Below, piece after piece: positions 1-9,649 of a stretch of 64,000 nt of DNA. The notes beneath the pieces are model-generated. The model was not told the origin of the DNA. It was given only the letters and a program-made list of their open reading frames with translations, and did not search any database. Source of the stretch: an uncultured bacterium. GTDB lineage: Bacteria > Verrucomicrobiota > Lentisphaeria > Victivallales > UBA1829. Made by a program: the position numbers and the translations under genes. Numbering within the stretch: position 1 is the first letter of the stretch; every line of letters starts with the position of its first letter. Where the stretch lies: positions 67,793 to 131,792 of the forward strand of contig URKJ01000005.1 in assembly GCA_900548385.1 (NCBI GenBank). Reading direction: 5' to 3'.

Positions 1-69
1 TTTTCCGGGCTCGGCTCCATAAGCGGAAACGGTGATGCAGGTAAGAAAAAACAGAAAAAAACGCATCAT
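1..69 (-). CDS. First 23 codons of an exported protein that runs off the window edge; its position after cpaB suggests a CpaC/RcpA-type secretin
   Basis: Minus-strand ATGATG at 69..64 opens a classic signal peptide, MMRFFLFFLTCITVSAYGAEPGK. It starts 9 nt after the cpaB stop. The product is guessed only from tad-locus gene order. Confidence 0.35.
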   Translation of the reverse strand, partial: MMRFFLFFLTCITVSAYGAEPGK

Positions 70-78
70 AATGCAACC

Positions 79-879
79 TCACCGATGGTTTTTGTTCGGA
101 ATTTCCGGCAGTTCCGCCGGTGTGAGTCCCTGCCGGAGTTTGGTAAATGTGCTGGCATTAATCACTCCGCCGTCTTTCCGATTCAGTGCGGCGGAATCGT
201 TCCGTTTGCGCAGGACGGGGTAAAGTTCAGATTCCCGCTGTGCGGCGATCAGAAGCATCGCCTGCTGAGGAGGCAGAGAAACGAAAATCGTACCGCTGGA
301 ACTTCCGCTTTCCCTGAACGAGCCGCGTTCATTGGCGATCCCGATTACCCGCACACATGGCAAAAGGACGGAGGTCTCTCTCGACTCGGTCATCTTAACT
401 CCGGAACCGTCGCTTGCCGTCATATTCTCGTTGACAACAACATGGGGGGAAACATAAGTAGAAATAATGGCAATTTCGTCGTCCGGCATCAGCATCCTTA
501 CAAGGGCAGGATCTGAAAATGTTACCGGGAGAGTCCATTCCCCCGGACGTGCACAGTCGCTGAGCGTTGTCTGAATCCGGATATCCGTCATCAGAATATA
601 GTCGTCCTGAGAAACTGCATGAGGCAGTTCCTGACCGTATGCCAGCCCCACATTTTCCCAGAGCAGAGCATTTTTGGGAACAGCGGACTGTGGAATGTCC
701 TTATAGGTAAGTGCTCCCTGGGACAGTTCATCATGAGCCTCCAGATCCCGTGCGGCCACAACGACAGAGATCTTATTTTCCGTATCTGCCTTTTCTTTTT
801 CAAAAAGAAGTTTGCTGACGATATAGACTGCGGCCAACCCTAGGATAACCGATACGACGAGTGGAATAATATTTTTCAT
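79..879 (-). CDS. cpaB: Flp/Tad pilus assembly protein CpaB (RcpC family)
   Basis: ORF 79..960, with the start moved to ATG 879 (MKNIIPLVVSVILGLAAVYIV membrane anchor). It has a SAF-like segment (ISVVVAARDLEAHDELSQGAL) and a CpaB-like C-terminal half. Confidence 0.75.
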   Translation of the reverse strand: MKNIIPLVVSVILGLAAVYIVSKLLFEKEKADTENKISVVVAARDLEAHDELSQGALTYKDIPQSAVPKNALLWENVGLAYGQELPHAVSQDDYILMTDIRIQTTLSDCARPGEWTLPVTFSDPALVRMLMPDDEIAIISTYVSPHVVVNENMTASDGSGVKMTESRETSVLLPCVRVIGIANERGSFRESGSSSGTIFVSLPPQQAMLLIAAQRESELYPVLRKRNDSAALNRKDGGVINASTFTKLRQGLTPAELPEIPNKNHR

Positions 880-1172
880 TCCATTTGCTCCCGGAATCAA
901 TTTATTTGCTGTCTGACTGAGCGGAATGAAATAATCTATCACTGATAAAGAAAATTTCAAGAGGTAATTTCACAAGTTTTTATCAATATGGAAAAGACGA
1001 AAATAGTTAAGCCTTGCAGCTCATGATCTTATCACTGTCAGATATGGATCAATAAATTCGCGTTCCGGCAATCGGCAGGCATTTCCCGCGGTGAATCCGG
1101 TTTTCATCGCGGCAATGCAGACCGGAAAGCAGAGTATTTTCATTTTTTACTCTTGATTTTTTTGTGATCCGC

Positions 1173-2447
1173 ATGTATTGTAGACGTTTATTTCAAGATT
1201 CAGCAATGGAAAACAGTATGAACAGCAGACATTTTGCGGAGTATTTCAAACCGGGCGGGGGAGCGCGGCAGTTTTTCAGCAGTATTTTGATCTGGGGAAT
1301 CGGGTTCGGCTGCTTTCAGGCTGTGATGAACAATTACCTGGTGGATGTTGTGGGAATGACGCCGTTTCAGCGGGGAACGCTGGAATTTTTCCGGGAGATG
1401 CCGGGGCTTCTGCTGGTTTTCATTATTGCGCTGATGCACCGCTGTTCCGAATGGCGGATCATGAAGATCGGGACTCTGGTTTCTCTGGCAGGCATTATCG
1501 GGTTGCTGTTTACCACCGCGCCGGGCCTGGCGCCGGTGACGCTGCTGATTGTTCTGTGGTCGACCGGCGAACATATCATGCTTCCGGTCCGCAGTACACT
1601 TGCGATGAACATTGCCAAAGAGGGTAAGGCGGGGCGCTCTCTCGGATTTGTGACCGGGGCGACGAATGCCGGAAACGTGATCGGGAGCGTGATGGTTGCC
1701 GCGATCTTTTACATCGGTATGAATTTGTTTCATGCGTCCTCCGGTGTGCGGCTTTACAATGTGGTCTGGGGTGTGATTGCGGTTCTGCTGATCGCGAGTT
1801 TCATCTGCATTGCCCGCTTCCGTTCCGGAGAAGGGCTCACGAAGCGTCCGCGTCTTTATTTCAACGGGAAGTACGGCAAATTCTATGCGCTGGAACTGTT
1901 CTACGGCGCCCGGAAGCAGATTTTTCTCACATTCGCGCCGTATGTGCTGATCAGGGTTTACGGTATGGACACCACGATGATGGCGGTGCTGATGGGGGCT
2001 TGTGCGCTGATCAATATTTTCTGTGCGCCGCTGATCGGCAGGCTGACCGATTATCTCGGCTATAAGAATATCATGATCTACGACACGGTGATTCTGTTTT
2101 TTGTCTGCCTGATGTACGGATATGCGGACCGTCTGTTTGCGGCGGACGTCGCATACATTGCGGTCTGTATCAACTTTCTTCTGGATGCGGTGATCAGCAC
2201 AACGTCGATGGCGACGAGCATGTATGTCCGGGAGATTTCCGATTCGGCGGAAGAGACAACGGCGTCGTTGACAACCGGTATTTCGATCAATCATCTGATC
2301 AGCATTTTTGCCGCACTTGCGGGCGGACTGATCTGGGAAAAATTCGGGTTCGGCGTTCTGTTTTCGTTTGCGGCGGTGATGGCGCTCTGCAACAGCGCGT
2401 TCGCCATGACGATTCCCCGTCCGGGGACCTGCCGCGCGCGGGGCTGA
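1173..2447 (+). CDS. MFS-type transporter, substrate unknown
   Basis: About 12 predicted hydrophobic helices and an MFS-like layout. Possible starts are GTG 1164, ATG 1173 and ATG 1206. The antisense 423-aa ORF is an R/H/Q-rich shadow. Confidence 0.7.
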   Translation: MYCRRLFQDSAMENSMNSRHFAEYFKPGGGARQFFSSILIWGIGFGCFQAVMNNYLVDVVGMTPFQRGTLEFFREMPGLLLVFIIALMHRCSEWRIMKIGTLVSLAGIIGLLFTTAPGLAPVTLLIVLWSTGEHIMLPVRSTLAMNIAKEGKAGRSLGFVTGATNAGNVIGSVMVAAIFYIGMNLFHASSGVRLYNVVWGVIAVLLIASFICIARFRSGEGLTKRPRLYFNGKYGKFYALELFYGARKQIFLTFAPYVLIRVYGMDTTMMAVLMGACALINIFCAPLIGRLTDYLGYKNIMIYDTVILFFVCLMYGYADRLFAADVAYIAVCINFLLDAVISTTSMATSMYVREISDSAEETTASLTTGISINHLISIFAALAGGLIWEKFGFGVLFSFAAVMALCNSAFAMTIPRPGTCRARG

Positions 2448-2584
2448 TATTTTTTCCGGGAATTCTTGCAAAAGAGGGATTCCCGCTGTAATGTATCGGA
2501 AAGTGTTTTTTACTGGAATTCCGGACTGCGGGATGAGAACCCGGAGGTTTTTGCCCGGAAAAATTTACAGAGCGAGGGTTTATC

Positions 2585-3832
2585 ATGTTGGAACATCATG
2601 TCGGGGTGCCGTTTTTTCAGACAAAAAAATTTATGGTCCTGGTATTGTTTTTCGTGACATTCCGGATTCTCTGCGGGATATTGTTTTCCGGCAGACCTGT
2701 CACGCAGCTGGTGGATACCTACGTTTATTCGCATTATCTGATTTCCTATGATCTGGGCTTTATTACGCGTGGACTGGTCGGAACGGTGTTCAATTATCTG
2801 TTTCCCCTGATGAACGTCACGGTCTATTTTCTGTTGACGATTCTGCTGCCCGCCGGCGTGTATTTGTGGCTTGCGGTCTTTTTTGTAAAGGAGGTCCGCC
2901 GGTCTGCCAATCCGCATTTTCTGCTTCTGCTCGGTCTGCTGTTTTTTTCTCTGCCGCCGGTGTTTTTACCGTTCCGGGATCTCGGACGGTTCGATATTCT
3001 GCTCTATGTCATTACGCTGCTTTGTCTTGGCGCGATCTATTCCAGGCCGGAATCACGGCTGAAGTGGAGTATTCTGCTTCTGCTGCCGCTGGGGGCGCTG
3101 ATCCATGAAGTGATTTATTTCATGTTTATTCCGTCGATTCTTGTGATGCTGCTTCTGAAGGCCGGAAAAGACGGTATGGAAAACCGGGTGCTGTTTGCAG
3201 TTTCCGCAGTTCTGCTGACGGGATTGTTTGTTCTGCTGTTTTTTGCTCAGCAGAATCTGCCGCCATGGGCGGAACTGGAAAAATATCTGCGGGAGAATAA
3301 TGTGCTGAACTACAATCCGCCGGATGAGGTGACACTGGATTGTTATTCCGGTTATACGTTTTCGGAACATCTGAAAATGGTCCGGAATTTTTATATCAGC
3401 AGGTCGTCGCCGTTCGGATTCACGTTTCTGTGGACGATTCCTGTTGTTCTGCCGCTGATTTTCCTGCTGGTGCGGATGTGGCGTGCGGTGCTTTGCCAGC
3501 TGTATCAGCGGAAGTTCGCGGGGCGGTTCCTGCTGTTTCTGCTTTGTGCCGCGCCGCAGAGTGCTTTGATCATGGTTGTGGTCGGATTGGATTTCACCCG
3601 CTGGATCTGGGCGTGGCTTTTCAGTAATTTCACGCTTCTGTTTCTGCTTGGTTCCGACCGGCAGTTTTCGCTTTCTCTGGAAGAAAGCGGGAACGCGATG
3701 CGGTGGTGCGTTCCGGGATGTTGCCTGTTTTATTTGCTGATGGGGCAGTGCACCCTGTTCGCATTTGCCGATCTGCCGTACAATCTGGGGCTGCTGACGA
3801 TGAATATCGTTCAGTATTTCGGCTGGCAGTGA
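2585..3832 (+). CDS. Polytopic integral membrane protein, function unknown
   Basis: A 415-aa ORF that is very hydrophobic (about 10-11 helices). I recognised no catalytic motif. Confidence 0.6.
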   Translation: MLEHHVGVPFFQTKKFMVLVLFFVTFRILCGILFSGRPVTQLVDTYVYSHYLISYDLGFITRGLVGTVFNYLFPLMNVTVYFLLTILLPAGVYLWLAVFFVKEVRRSANPHFLLLLGLLFFSLPPVFLPFRDLGRFDILLYVITLLCLGAIYSRPESRLKWSILLLLPLGALIHEVIYFMFIPSILVMLLLKAGKDGMENRVLFAVSAVLLTGLFVLLFFAQQNLPPWAELEKYLRENNVLNYNPPDEVTLDCYSGYTFSEHLKMVRNFYISRSSPFGFTFLWTIPVVLPLIFLLVRMWRAVLCQLYQRKFAGRFLLFLLCAAPQSALIMVVVGLDFTRWIWAWLFSNFTLLFLLGSDRQFSLSLEESGNAMRWCVPGCCLFYLLMGQCTLFAFADLPYNLGLLTMNIVQYFGWQ

Positions 3833-3850
3833 ATTCTGTTACCGCCGGAT

Positions 3851-3879
3851 TTGAATTTTTCCGTTTCCGGTGCTATATT
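3851..3879 (+). promoter_or_regulatory. Sigma70-like promoter of efp (TTGAAT-N17-TATATT)
   Basis: TTGAAT at 3851-3856, a 17-nt spacer, then TATATT at 3874-3879. An AAGAGGT Shine-Dalgarno sequence sits just before ATG 3920. Confidence 0.5.
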
Positions 3880-3919
3880 ATAAGGCTTTAAATACAATCA
3901 ACTCAATTAAGAGGTAACC

Positions 3920-4489
3920 ATGTACAGTGCATCTGATCTGAAAAAAGGACTGAAAATCGAAATCGACGGTATGCCGTGGGTCATTACGGACTTTGACTTC
4001 TGCAAGCCCGGAAAAGGCACGGCGCTCTATCGTTGCAGACTCAAAAACCTCGTCAACGGCGCAGGTATGGACCGTACGTTCCGCCCGGTCGACAAAGTCG
4101 GCAAACCGGACCTTGAAGAACGTGAAATGCACTACATTTATCAGGAAGGCGAGAACTTCGTGTTCAGCGATTCCGAATCTTATGAGGAAATCCGCATTCC
4201 CGGAGAAAAACTCGGCAACAAGAGCAAATTCCTCGTGGAAGACGCTCTCTGTTCCGCAGTATTTTTCAACGGAACACCGATCGACATCACCCTGCCGACC
4301 TGGTATATCGCCGTTGTTTCCGAAACGGAACCCGGCGCCCGCGGCGATACCGCTTCCTCCAACGTGATGAAACCCGCCAAGATCGAGAACGGTTATGAAC
4401 TCATGGTTCCGCTGTTCATCAACTCCGGCGACACCATCAAGATCGACACCCGCACAGGCGAATATGCCGAGCGCGTCAATAAAGCCTGA
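3920..4489 (+). CDS. efp: Translation elongation factor P
   Basis: The 189-aa protein is full-length EF-P-like. It has the KPGKG loop (DFCKPGKGTALYRCRLKNL) carrying the modifiable Lys. Confidence 0.95.
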   Translation: MYSASDLKKGLKIEIDGMPWVITDFDFCKPGKGTALYRCRLKNLVNGAGMDRTFRPVDKVGKPDLEEREMHYIYQEGENFVFSDSESYEEIRIPGEKLGNKSKFLVEDALCSAVFFNGTPIDITLPTWYIAVVSETEPGARGDTASSNVMKPAKIENGYELMVPLFINSGDTIKIDTRTGEYAERVNKA

Positions 4490-5396
4490 GTCGCTGGTTT
4501 ATCTGTCGGATCGTATCAGGGCATTCGAGTTCCGCTCGAATGCCCTTTTCCTGACCCGTGATTTTTTCCGGCGCAATGATTTCTTTGAAGTCGAAACACC
4601 GATTGCCATCCGCGCACCCGCCGCCGAAGAATACATCGAAGCTCCGCAACTGAAGAACGGACTCTTTCTGCGTTCGTCGCCGGAGCTGGAGATGAAACGT
4701 CTTCTTGCCGCCGGGCTGAAGCGCATTTATGAGCTCGCCCCCTGTTTCCGTGCCGGAGAAAACGGACGTCTCCACCGCCAGGAATTCACGATGCTGGAGT
4801 GGTATATGGCGGGGGCGGATTACCGGGAGATGCTGGAGTTCACCATTGCTCTGATCCGTCATCTTGCAAAAGAACTTCATGTTCCGGAAACGGTTTGCGA
4901 TGTGGCGCAGGAGTGGCAGCTGATTTCCGTTCGCGACGCTTTCCGCGAGTTCGCCGGGGAGAACGCCGACCGCTGCGCGGAGGAAGAGGCGCTGTTTGAG
5001 ACGGTTCTGGTGGAAAAAGTGGAACCGAACCTTCCGAAAGACAAGCCGTGCGTTCTGATTGACTATCCGATCCGTTTCGGCGCGTTCGCTCGTCCGAAAC
5101 CGGAGGACCCGACGCTCGCCGAACGGTGGGAGATCTATATCCACGGCGTGGAAGTCGCCAATGCTTACGGAGAGCTTGTGGATCCGGTGGAGCAGGAGGC
5201 GCGTTTTTTGAAATACAACCGGAAACGCGCGGAAAACGGGTTGTCGCAATATCCCGACGCGACCGGTTTTCTGGAGGCGATCCGCTATGGCATTCCGCCG
5301 TCTTCCGGCTGTGCGCTCGGATTCGACCGGATTGTGATGCTGCTGTTCGGAGCAAAAACTCTTGCGGATGTTTCGTTTCCGCTTGATCTTGACTGA
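4464..5396 (+). CDS. epmA: EF-P lysine lysyltransferase (EpmA/GenX/PoxA, a truncated class II LysRS paralog)
   Basis: Class II aaRS core motifs are present (FFEVETPIA, RSSPELEMKRLLAAG, FRAGENGRLHRQEFTMLEWY, GCALGFDRIVML). There is no anticodon-binding domain. I placed the start at ATG 4464, which overlaps the efp end by 26 nt, but this is uncertain. Confidence 0.85.
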   Translation: MPSASIKPESLVYLSDRIRAFEFRSNALFLTRDFFRRNDFFEVETPIAIRAPAAEEYIEAPQLKNGLFLRSSPELEMKRLLAAGLKRIYELAPCFRAGENGRLHRQEFTMLEWYMAGADYREMLEFTIALIRHLAKELHVPETVCDVAQEWQLISVRDAFREFAGENADRCAEEEALFETVLVEKVEPNLPKDKPCVLIDYPIRFGAFARPKPEDPTLAERWEIYIHGVEVANAYGELVDPVEQEARFLKYNRKRAENGLSQYPDATGFLEAIRYGIPPSSGCALGFDRIVMLLFGAKTLADVSFPLDLD

Positions 5397-5407
5397 AAGG
5401 TTTTACG

Positions 5408-6202
5408 ATGAATATCCGGTCGTTGATGGATGAGCTGTTCCGCTGGTGCGAGGATGGCGGCCCGCATGATTATTCCGCCACCTGTGATACCCTGAAAGCC
5501 GGTGATCCCGGTACGGAACTCCGCAAGGTTGCCGTTGCCATGTTTGCGACGCCGGATCTGATCCGTGAGGCGCATGCGTGGGGCGCCGAACTTCTGATTG
5601 TTCACGAACCGACTTTTTACGATCATTATGACCGGATGCCGGAGCATGATCCGGTTGCAGACGCCAAAGCGGCGCTTCTGAAAGAAACGGGGCTTGCCGT
5701 TTGGCGGTATCACGATCATCCGCATGTCAAATATACGGATATGATCGGAGAGGGGGAAGTGAAGTATCTCGGGCTGGAGGGCGAATGGACCAAAGGTCCG
5801 CATATTGCGGTCAACCGGTTCCGTTTAGCTGCGCCGATGACGCCGCGGGAGCTGGGCAGACGGTTCCGGGAGAAGCTGAATGCGCGGCATGTGCGCATTT
5901 GCGGAGCCGCGGATGTTCCCTGTTCCAACCTTTCCCTCTGCTTCGGGACTCCTGCCGGAGTGTTTGAAGAGCTTTGCGATCCGGAAATCGACATCGTTCT
6001 GACCGGGGAAGCGTGTGAGTGGAAGCTCGGAGAATATGCCCGCGACGCCGGACAGCTCGGATTCCGCAAGGCGCTGATGATTCTGGGGCATATCCCGTCC
6101 GAACGCGAGGGGATGCGTCTGCTGGCGGAATTGATGTGTCAGCGGTTCGATCAGTTCGAGACCCGTTATTTTGAATGCGGTGAAGTATACTGTGCTCCCT
6201 GA
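5408..6202 (+). CDS. Nif3-like dinuclear metal-centre protein (DUF34 / GTP cyclohydrolase 1 type 2 family)
   Basis: The 264-aa protein has LLIVHEPTFY and WRYHDHPH motifs and a C-terminal GHIPSEREG motif, typical of the NIF3 family. Confidence 0.75.
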   Translation: MNIRSLMDELFRWCEDGGPHDYSATCDTLKAGDPGTELRKVAVAMFATPDLIREAHAWGAELLIVHEPTFYDHYDRMPEHDPVADAKAALLKETGLAVWRYHDHPHVKYTDMIGEGEVKYLGLEGEWTKGPHIAVNRFRLAAPMTPRELGRRFREKLNARHVRICGAADVPCSNLSLCFGTPAGVFEELCDPEIDIVLTGEACEWKLGEYARDAGQLGFRKALMILGHIPSEREGMRLLAELMCQRFDQFETRYFECGEVYCAP

Positions 6203-6204
6203 TG

Positions 6205-6222
6205 CCGTATTTCCGAATACGG
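6205..6222. terminator. Short hairpin between the convergent Nif3-like gene and mrdA
   Basis: CCGTATT-tccg-AATACGG forms a 7-bp stem. The flanking T-tracts are weak, so this is only a possible bidirectional terminator. Confidence 0.3.
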
Positions 6223-6229
6223 ATTCCGT

Positions 6230-8101
6230 TCAGCGTTGTTCGCCGGTTCCGAGCCAGCGGGTGAAGAATTCCGCGGCGAGCGGTGCGCAGGTTCTGCCGC
6301 CGGCGATTCCGCGTTCCACCAGAATCGCGATCGCATAGGTTTTGCCGCTGTGTGTTCCGAAGCCGATGAACCAGGTATTTTTATAGCGTTTGTCGCGCGG
6401 TCCCACTTCTGCGGTTCCTGTCTTTCCGGAAAGCTGAATCGCCTCGTTGTGCGCCCGGCGCGAACCGCCGACATCGGAGTTGACGGAGAGGAACATGCCG
6501 TAACGGATCATTTCAAGAGTCTGCGGAGATGCGGCGAGCCGTCCGTTTGCTTCCGGCTGTTCCGAATAGACCGTCGATCCGTCCGCCGCGAGAATGGATT
6601 TCAGGATATTCGGTTTCCAGAGTGTTCCGCCGTTGGCTATCGCCGCGGTATACAGAGCCGCCTGAAGCGGGGAGACCAGTACGTCGCCCTGTCCGATTGA
6701 GATCAGTGCGGTATCGAAGGCGGTCCAGCGGCGTTTGTGGGCGCGCGACGGCAACCGTCCCGGTGTTTCCGGCAGGACAAAGCCTGTTTTTGAGCCGATG
6801 CCCGCACTTTTATAGGTCGCCGCGAGACGTTCCAGACCGAGTTTGAGTCCGGATTCGATAAAGTAGTCGTTGCAGGAGACGGCGATTGCATCGTTGAGCG
6901 TCACTTCGCCGTGCCCGTCCGCTTTGATCCAGCAGCGGATCGGATGTCCGCCGACTTTCGTATAGCCGTCGCAATAGACGGTTTCGGTCGGCAGGCTGCC
7001 ATTTTCCAGAAGCGAGATCCCGATGAGCGGCTTGATGATGGAGCCGGGGCTGAACGCGCCCTGATAAGCGCGGTTGAAAAGCGGTTTGCGCGGATCGTTG
7101 CGCAAACGTGCATAGTCGGCGGTGGAGATGCGCGGCACGAATTCCGAAGGATCGTAGGAGGGATTGGATGCCATCGCGAGAATATTGCCGTTGGAAGCAT
7201 CGAGCAGAACGATTGCTCCGGTTACGCCGGCAAGAAGGGATTCGGCGATTTTCTGGGCGCGGAAATCAAGAGTGAGGACAAGATCCTTTCCATTGTCCGC
7301 CGGAATTTCCGTTCCGATCGTTTCCCGGACAAATCCGCGGCTGTCCACCAGCACCAGTTTTTTGCCGGGGACTCCGCGCAGAAGAGCCCGTTTTTCATTC
7401 GGGACCTCCGGATTCTCCGCATCCGTTGAGAGCGGCGCCGCGGACCGCAATCCGGCGGGATCCCAGCTGTCATACGCTTTTTCGAGTCCGGACCGCCCGA
7501 TGGTGTCCGGAACGTAATAGAAATAACTGTGGCGGTCTGCGGCGGCACGGGGATCTTCGCGTCCGACGTAACCGATCAGCTGCCCGGCGGTTTTGCCGTG
7601 CGGATAGGTGCGCACCGGTGAGGTGACGATGTCCATTCCGCGGATCATCGGTGAGATTTCGTATGCTTTTGCAAGTTCAAACGCGGAGATTTCCCGGAAG
7701 ACGGTGATTGGCAGGCCCGGGTAATAGTTCATGTGCCGGTTGATCGCCTCGCGCGTCAGGATGGGTGTCCGGCCGATTGCCGCCGCCAGACGGTCCGCTT
7801 CAAACAGCACATGATTGACGGTGCGGCTGCGTTTTCCCGGCCGCCTCATTTCCGAAATATGGAATACGATTTCATAGGACGCCGTATTGCCCGCCAGCAT
7901 GACGCCGTCCGCCGTGAAGATGCGTCCGCGCACCGCAGGGATGCGGATCTGGCGGACATACTGTTCGGAGACCTCCCGGCGGATTTGTTCCCCCTGATGG
8001 ACCTGAACCGCCCACAGCCGGATCAGGATCACCGCATAGATGAAGAATACAAAAAATGCGATGATGACGATTCTGAGTTTTGAGACAAATGACGCGTCCA
8101 T
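6230..8101 (-). CDS. mrdA: Penicillin-binding protein 2 (peptidoglycan D,D-transpeptidase)
   Basis: An N-terminal membrane anchor is followed by SxxK (GSIIKP), SxN (SCN) and KTG (SGKTGTAE) motifs in the correct order. Confidence 0.9.
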   Translation of the reverse strand: MDASFVSKLRIVIIAFFVFFIYAVILIRLWAVQVHQGEQIRREVSEQYVRQIRIPAVRGRIFTADGVMLAGNTASYEIVFHISEMRRPGKRSRTVNHVLFEADRLAAAIGRTPILTREAINRHMNYYPGLPITVFREISAFELAKAYEISPMIRGMDIVTSPVRTYPHGKTAGQLIGYVGREDPRAAADRHSYFYYVPDTIGRSGLEKAYDSWDPAGLRSAAPLSTDAENPEVPNEKRALLRGVPGKKLVLVDSRGFVRETIGTEIPADNGKDLVLTLDFRAQKIAESLLAGVTGAIVLLDASNGNILAMASNPSYDPSEFVPRISTADYARLRNDPRKPLFNRAYQGAFSPGSIIKPLIGISLLENGSLPTETVYCDGYTKVGGHPIRCWIKADGHGEVTLNDAIAVSCNDYFIESGLKLGLERLAATYKSAGIGSKTGFVLPETPGRLPSRAHKRRWTAFDTALISIGQGDVLVSPLQAALYTAAIANGGTLWKPNILKSILAADGSTVYSEQPEANGRLAASPQTLEMIRYGMFLSVNSDVGGSRRAHNEAIQLSGKTGTAEVGPRDKRYKNTWFIGFGTHSGKTYAIAILVERGIAGGRTCAPLAAEFFTRWLGTGEQR

Positions 8102-8208
8102 GTTTCTGCCGGGTTCGATCCTTATTGATGCATCGGGGCTGTTACTTTATCGTGCTTTTCTGCGGAAATCAAATATGGAATGCAAGAAAACCGGATTTTT
8201 GTTTCCGT

Positions 8209-8508
8209 TCAGCGGAAGGCGGCGATCAGCAGAGCGGCGAACCAGAAGAGCAGAACCAGCACCGCGAATCCGCGCAGACAGTGGCGGAACGCGGTGCGGA
8301 AGACCGCTTTGCCGGAGATTTCCCGTTCCTGCTCCCGGTTCGTCCAGTTGGCGATCCGGTGAGTCAGAAACAGAAAGACCGTCACGAATTCCGCCGCAAC
8401 GATCAGGGCGGAATGCAGACGGAACAGCAGAGCGACCGTGAACACCAGAGCAAACAGTGCAAAGGTGTCCCACAGCAGATAACAGATCCGTTTCAGTTCT
8501 CCGTTCAT
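8209..8508 (-). CDS. Small three-helix membrane protein, function unknown
   Basis: The 99-aa protein has three hydrophobic helices. Its ATG at 8508 overlaps the upstream stop as ATGA, which suggests translational coupling. Confidence 0.55.
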   Translation of the reverse strand: MNGELKRICYLLWDTFALFALVFTVALLFRLHSALIVAAEFVTVFLFLTHRIANWTNREQEREISGKAVFRTAFRHCLRGFAVLVLLFWFAALLIAAFR

Positions 8509-9434
8509 CGTTTCACTTGGGGAAATTCATCCACGGCTTTCTGGGCGGTTTCGCGGAGGAACGCCGCGTCTTTATTGCCGATCATATCGGGAACGAACGT
8601 CACTTCGGAGGTCTTGTGCCCGAACAGAGCGGCGAACCAGACGCACGCCTGAAGATACTGTCCGCGTGCATTCAGATGGATTGTGTCGCGCCGGAGTTCC
8701 ATTTCTCCGGTTTCCCCGTTTTTCGCCCACCAGATATTGCCGACGAATTCCGAAGCCTGCGGCGGGAGGTCCGGCCAGCGGAGCGTATTGAGCAGTTCGG
8801 GGTCATAGTTCGGAAACAGACCGTCCTGCGCTTTCCGGGCGAGCTGGACGGCGTAACCGGTGGGGATGATCCGGCAGTTGAGTTCCGTTGCAAGTTTGGT
8901 GTATGCGGCGGTCAGGCTGTTGTACATATCCGTCAGGCTGATGTGCCACGGACCGGGATCAAGCGTGACGCCGAGTTCCCGGCAGCGTTCGTATATTCCG
9001 GGATTGAATTCCCAGACTCCGCCCGGACGGATGCGCGGATCATCCGCACGGTATGCCCAGGTCTGCTGAATCACAACTTCCGCCTGCGGTGCGTGCTGTT
9101 TCACATAATCGTAAATATAGCCTGCGAACGGCTGCTGGGTTTCCGGCCGCCAGCTGAAATGACTTGCCTGCTGAATGGTGACGATGTCCCACTGTTCCCG
9201 GGCGAGGATTTCGCGCATTTTGGCGGAGTAATTCTGATACATCCGGTAAACTTTGTCTTTTTCCTCGTTGGTGATGTAGTTCCAGTGACGGTGCAGTTCG
9301 CATCCTCCGTGGTTTGCGCGTTCAAAATGCAGTTCGCATCCGGCGGATTCCACGACCTGCTGCCAGAATGCGGCGAGACTGTCCGTGAAACTGTTGCCGA
9401 TGGTCAGAACTTTCAGACTGTTTTTGCTGTTCAT
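8505..9434 (-). CDS. SGNH/GDSL-fold hydrolase-like protein (DUF4886-like)
   Basis: An N-terminal block-I-like motif (VLTIGNSFTDS), a 309-aa length and no signal peptide. Confidence 0.55.
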   Translation of the reverse strand: MNSKNSLKVLTIGNSFTDSLAAFWQQVVESAGCELHFERANHGGCELHRHWNYITNEEKDKVYRMYQNYSAKMREILAREQWDIVTIQQASHFSWRPETQQPFAGYIYDYVKQHAPQAEVVIQQTWAYRADDPRIRPGGVWEFNPGIYERCRELGVTLDPGPWHISLTDMYNSLTAAYTKLATELNCRIIPTGYAVQLARKAQDGLFPNYDPELLNTLRWPDLPPQASEFVGNIWWAKNGETGEMELRRDTIHLNARGQYLQACVWFAALFGHKTSEVTFVPDMIGNKDAAFLRETAQKAVDEFPQVKR

Positions 9435-9572
9435 GAAGTTGCTCCCTTTGATTTATATATGAGTTGTATTTTTGAATATGTGTGATTTCAGGTACTATAG
9501 CACAAAACGGGAAAAAGCAAATTCCGCTATCCGCTGGAAACGGGTTTTCCTGAAAATTTATCCCCTGTTTTG

Positions 9573-9601
9573 TTGATTTTCGACCGAAGGAAACGTATAT
9601 T
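9573..9601 (+). promoter_or_regulatory. Sigma70-like promoter of gltS (TTGATT-N17-TATATT)
   Basis: TTGATT at 9573-9578, a 17-nt spacer, then TATATT at 9596-9601, about 50 nt upstream of ATG 9650. Confidence 0.4.
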
Positions 9602-9649
9602 AACAAGTTCCAGAGTATTCTGTCAATTTCGGAAAGGGAAAGACTTGTC

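Noticed and set aside
1030-1143. A 37-codon minus-strand ORF (MKILCFPVCIAAMKTGFTAGNACRL...) upstream of cpaB, considered as a possible Flp pilin.
   Set aside because: It lacks the Flp G/XXXXEY processing motif and the hydrophobic helix, and has no Shine-Dalgarno site. It is probably just part of the 290-bp divergent promoter region. Local inverted repeats (CCGCGGTGA / TCATCGCGG) were noted but not interpretable.
4395-4463. The ORF-track start of epmA at 4395, and similar upstream extensions of other genes: 12061 for the pseudopilin, 13665 for the large GH, 20593 for the ABC ATPase, 27141 for the GH, 34930 for ispE, 36507 for queF and 54410/54765 for thiS/thiF.
   Set aside because: The extensions overlap upstream genes or promoters and add non-homologous residues ahead of signal peptides or conserved N-termini. 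Internal ATGs with Shine-Dalgarno sites or stop/start coupling fit better.
8209-8508. Calling the 99-aa membrane protein upstream of mrdA MreD.
   Set aside because: It has only three helices and is roughly 60 percent of typical MreD length. No mreB or mreC is adjacent, and I recognised no sequence motif. It is left as hypothetical.
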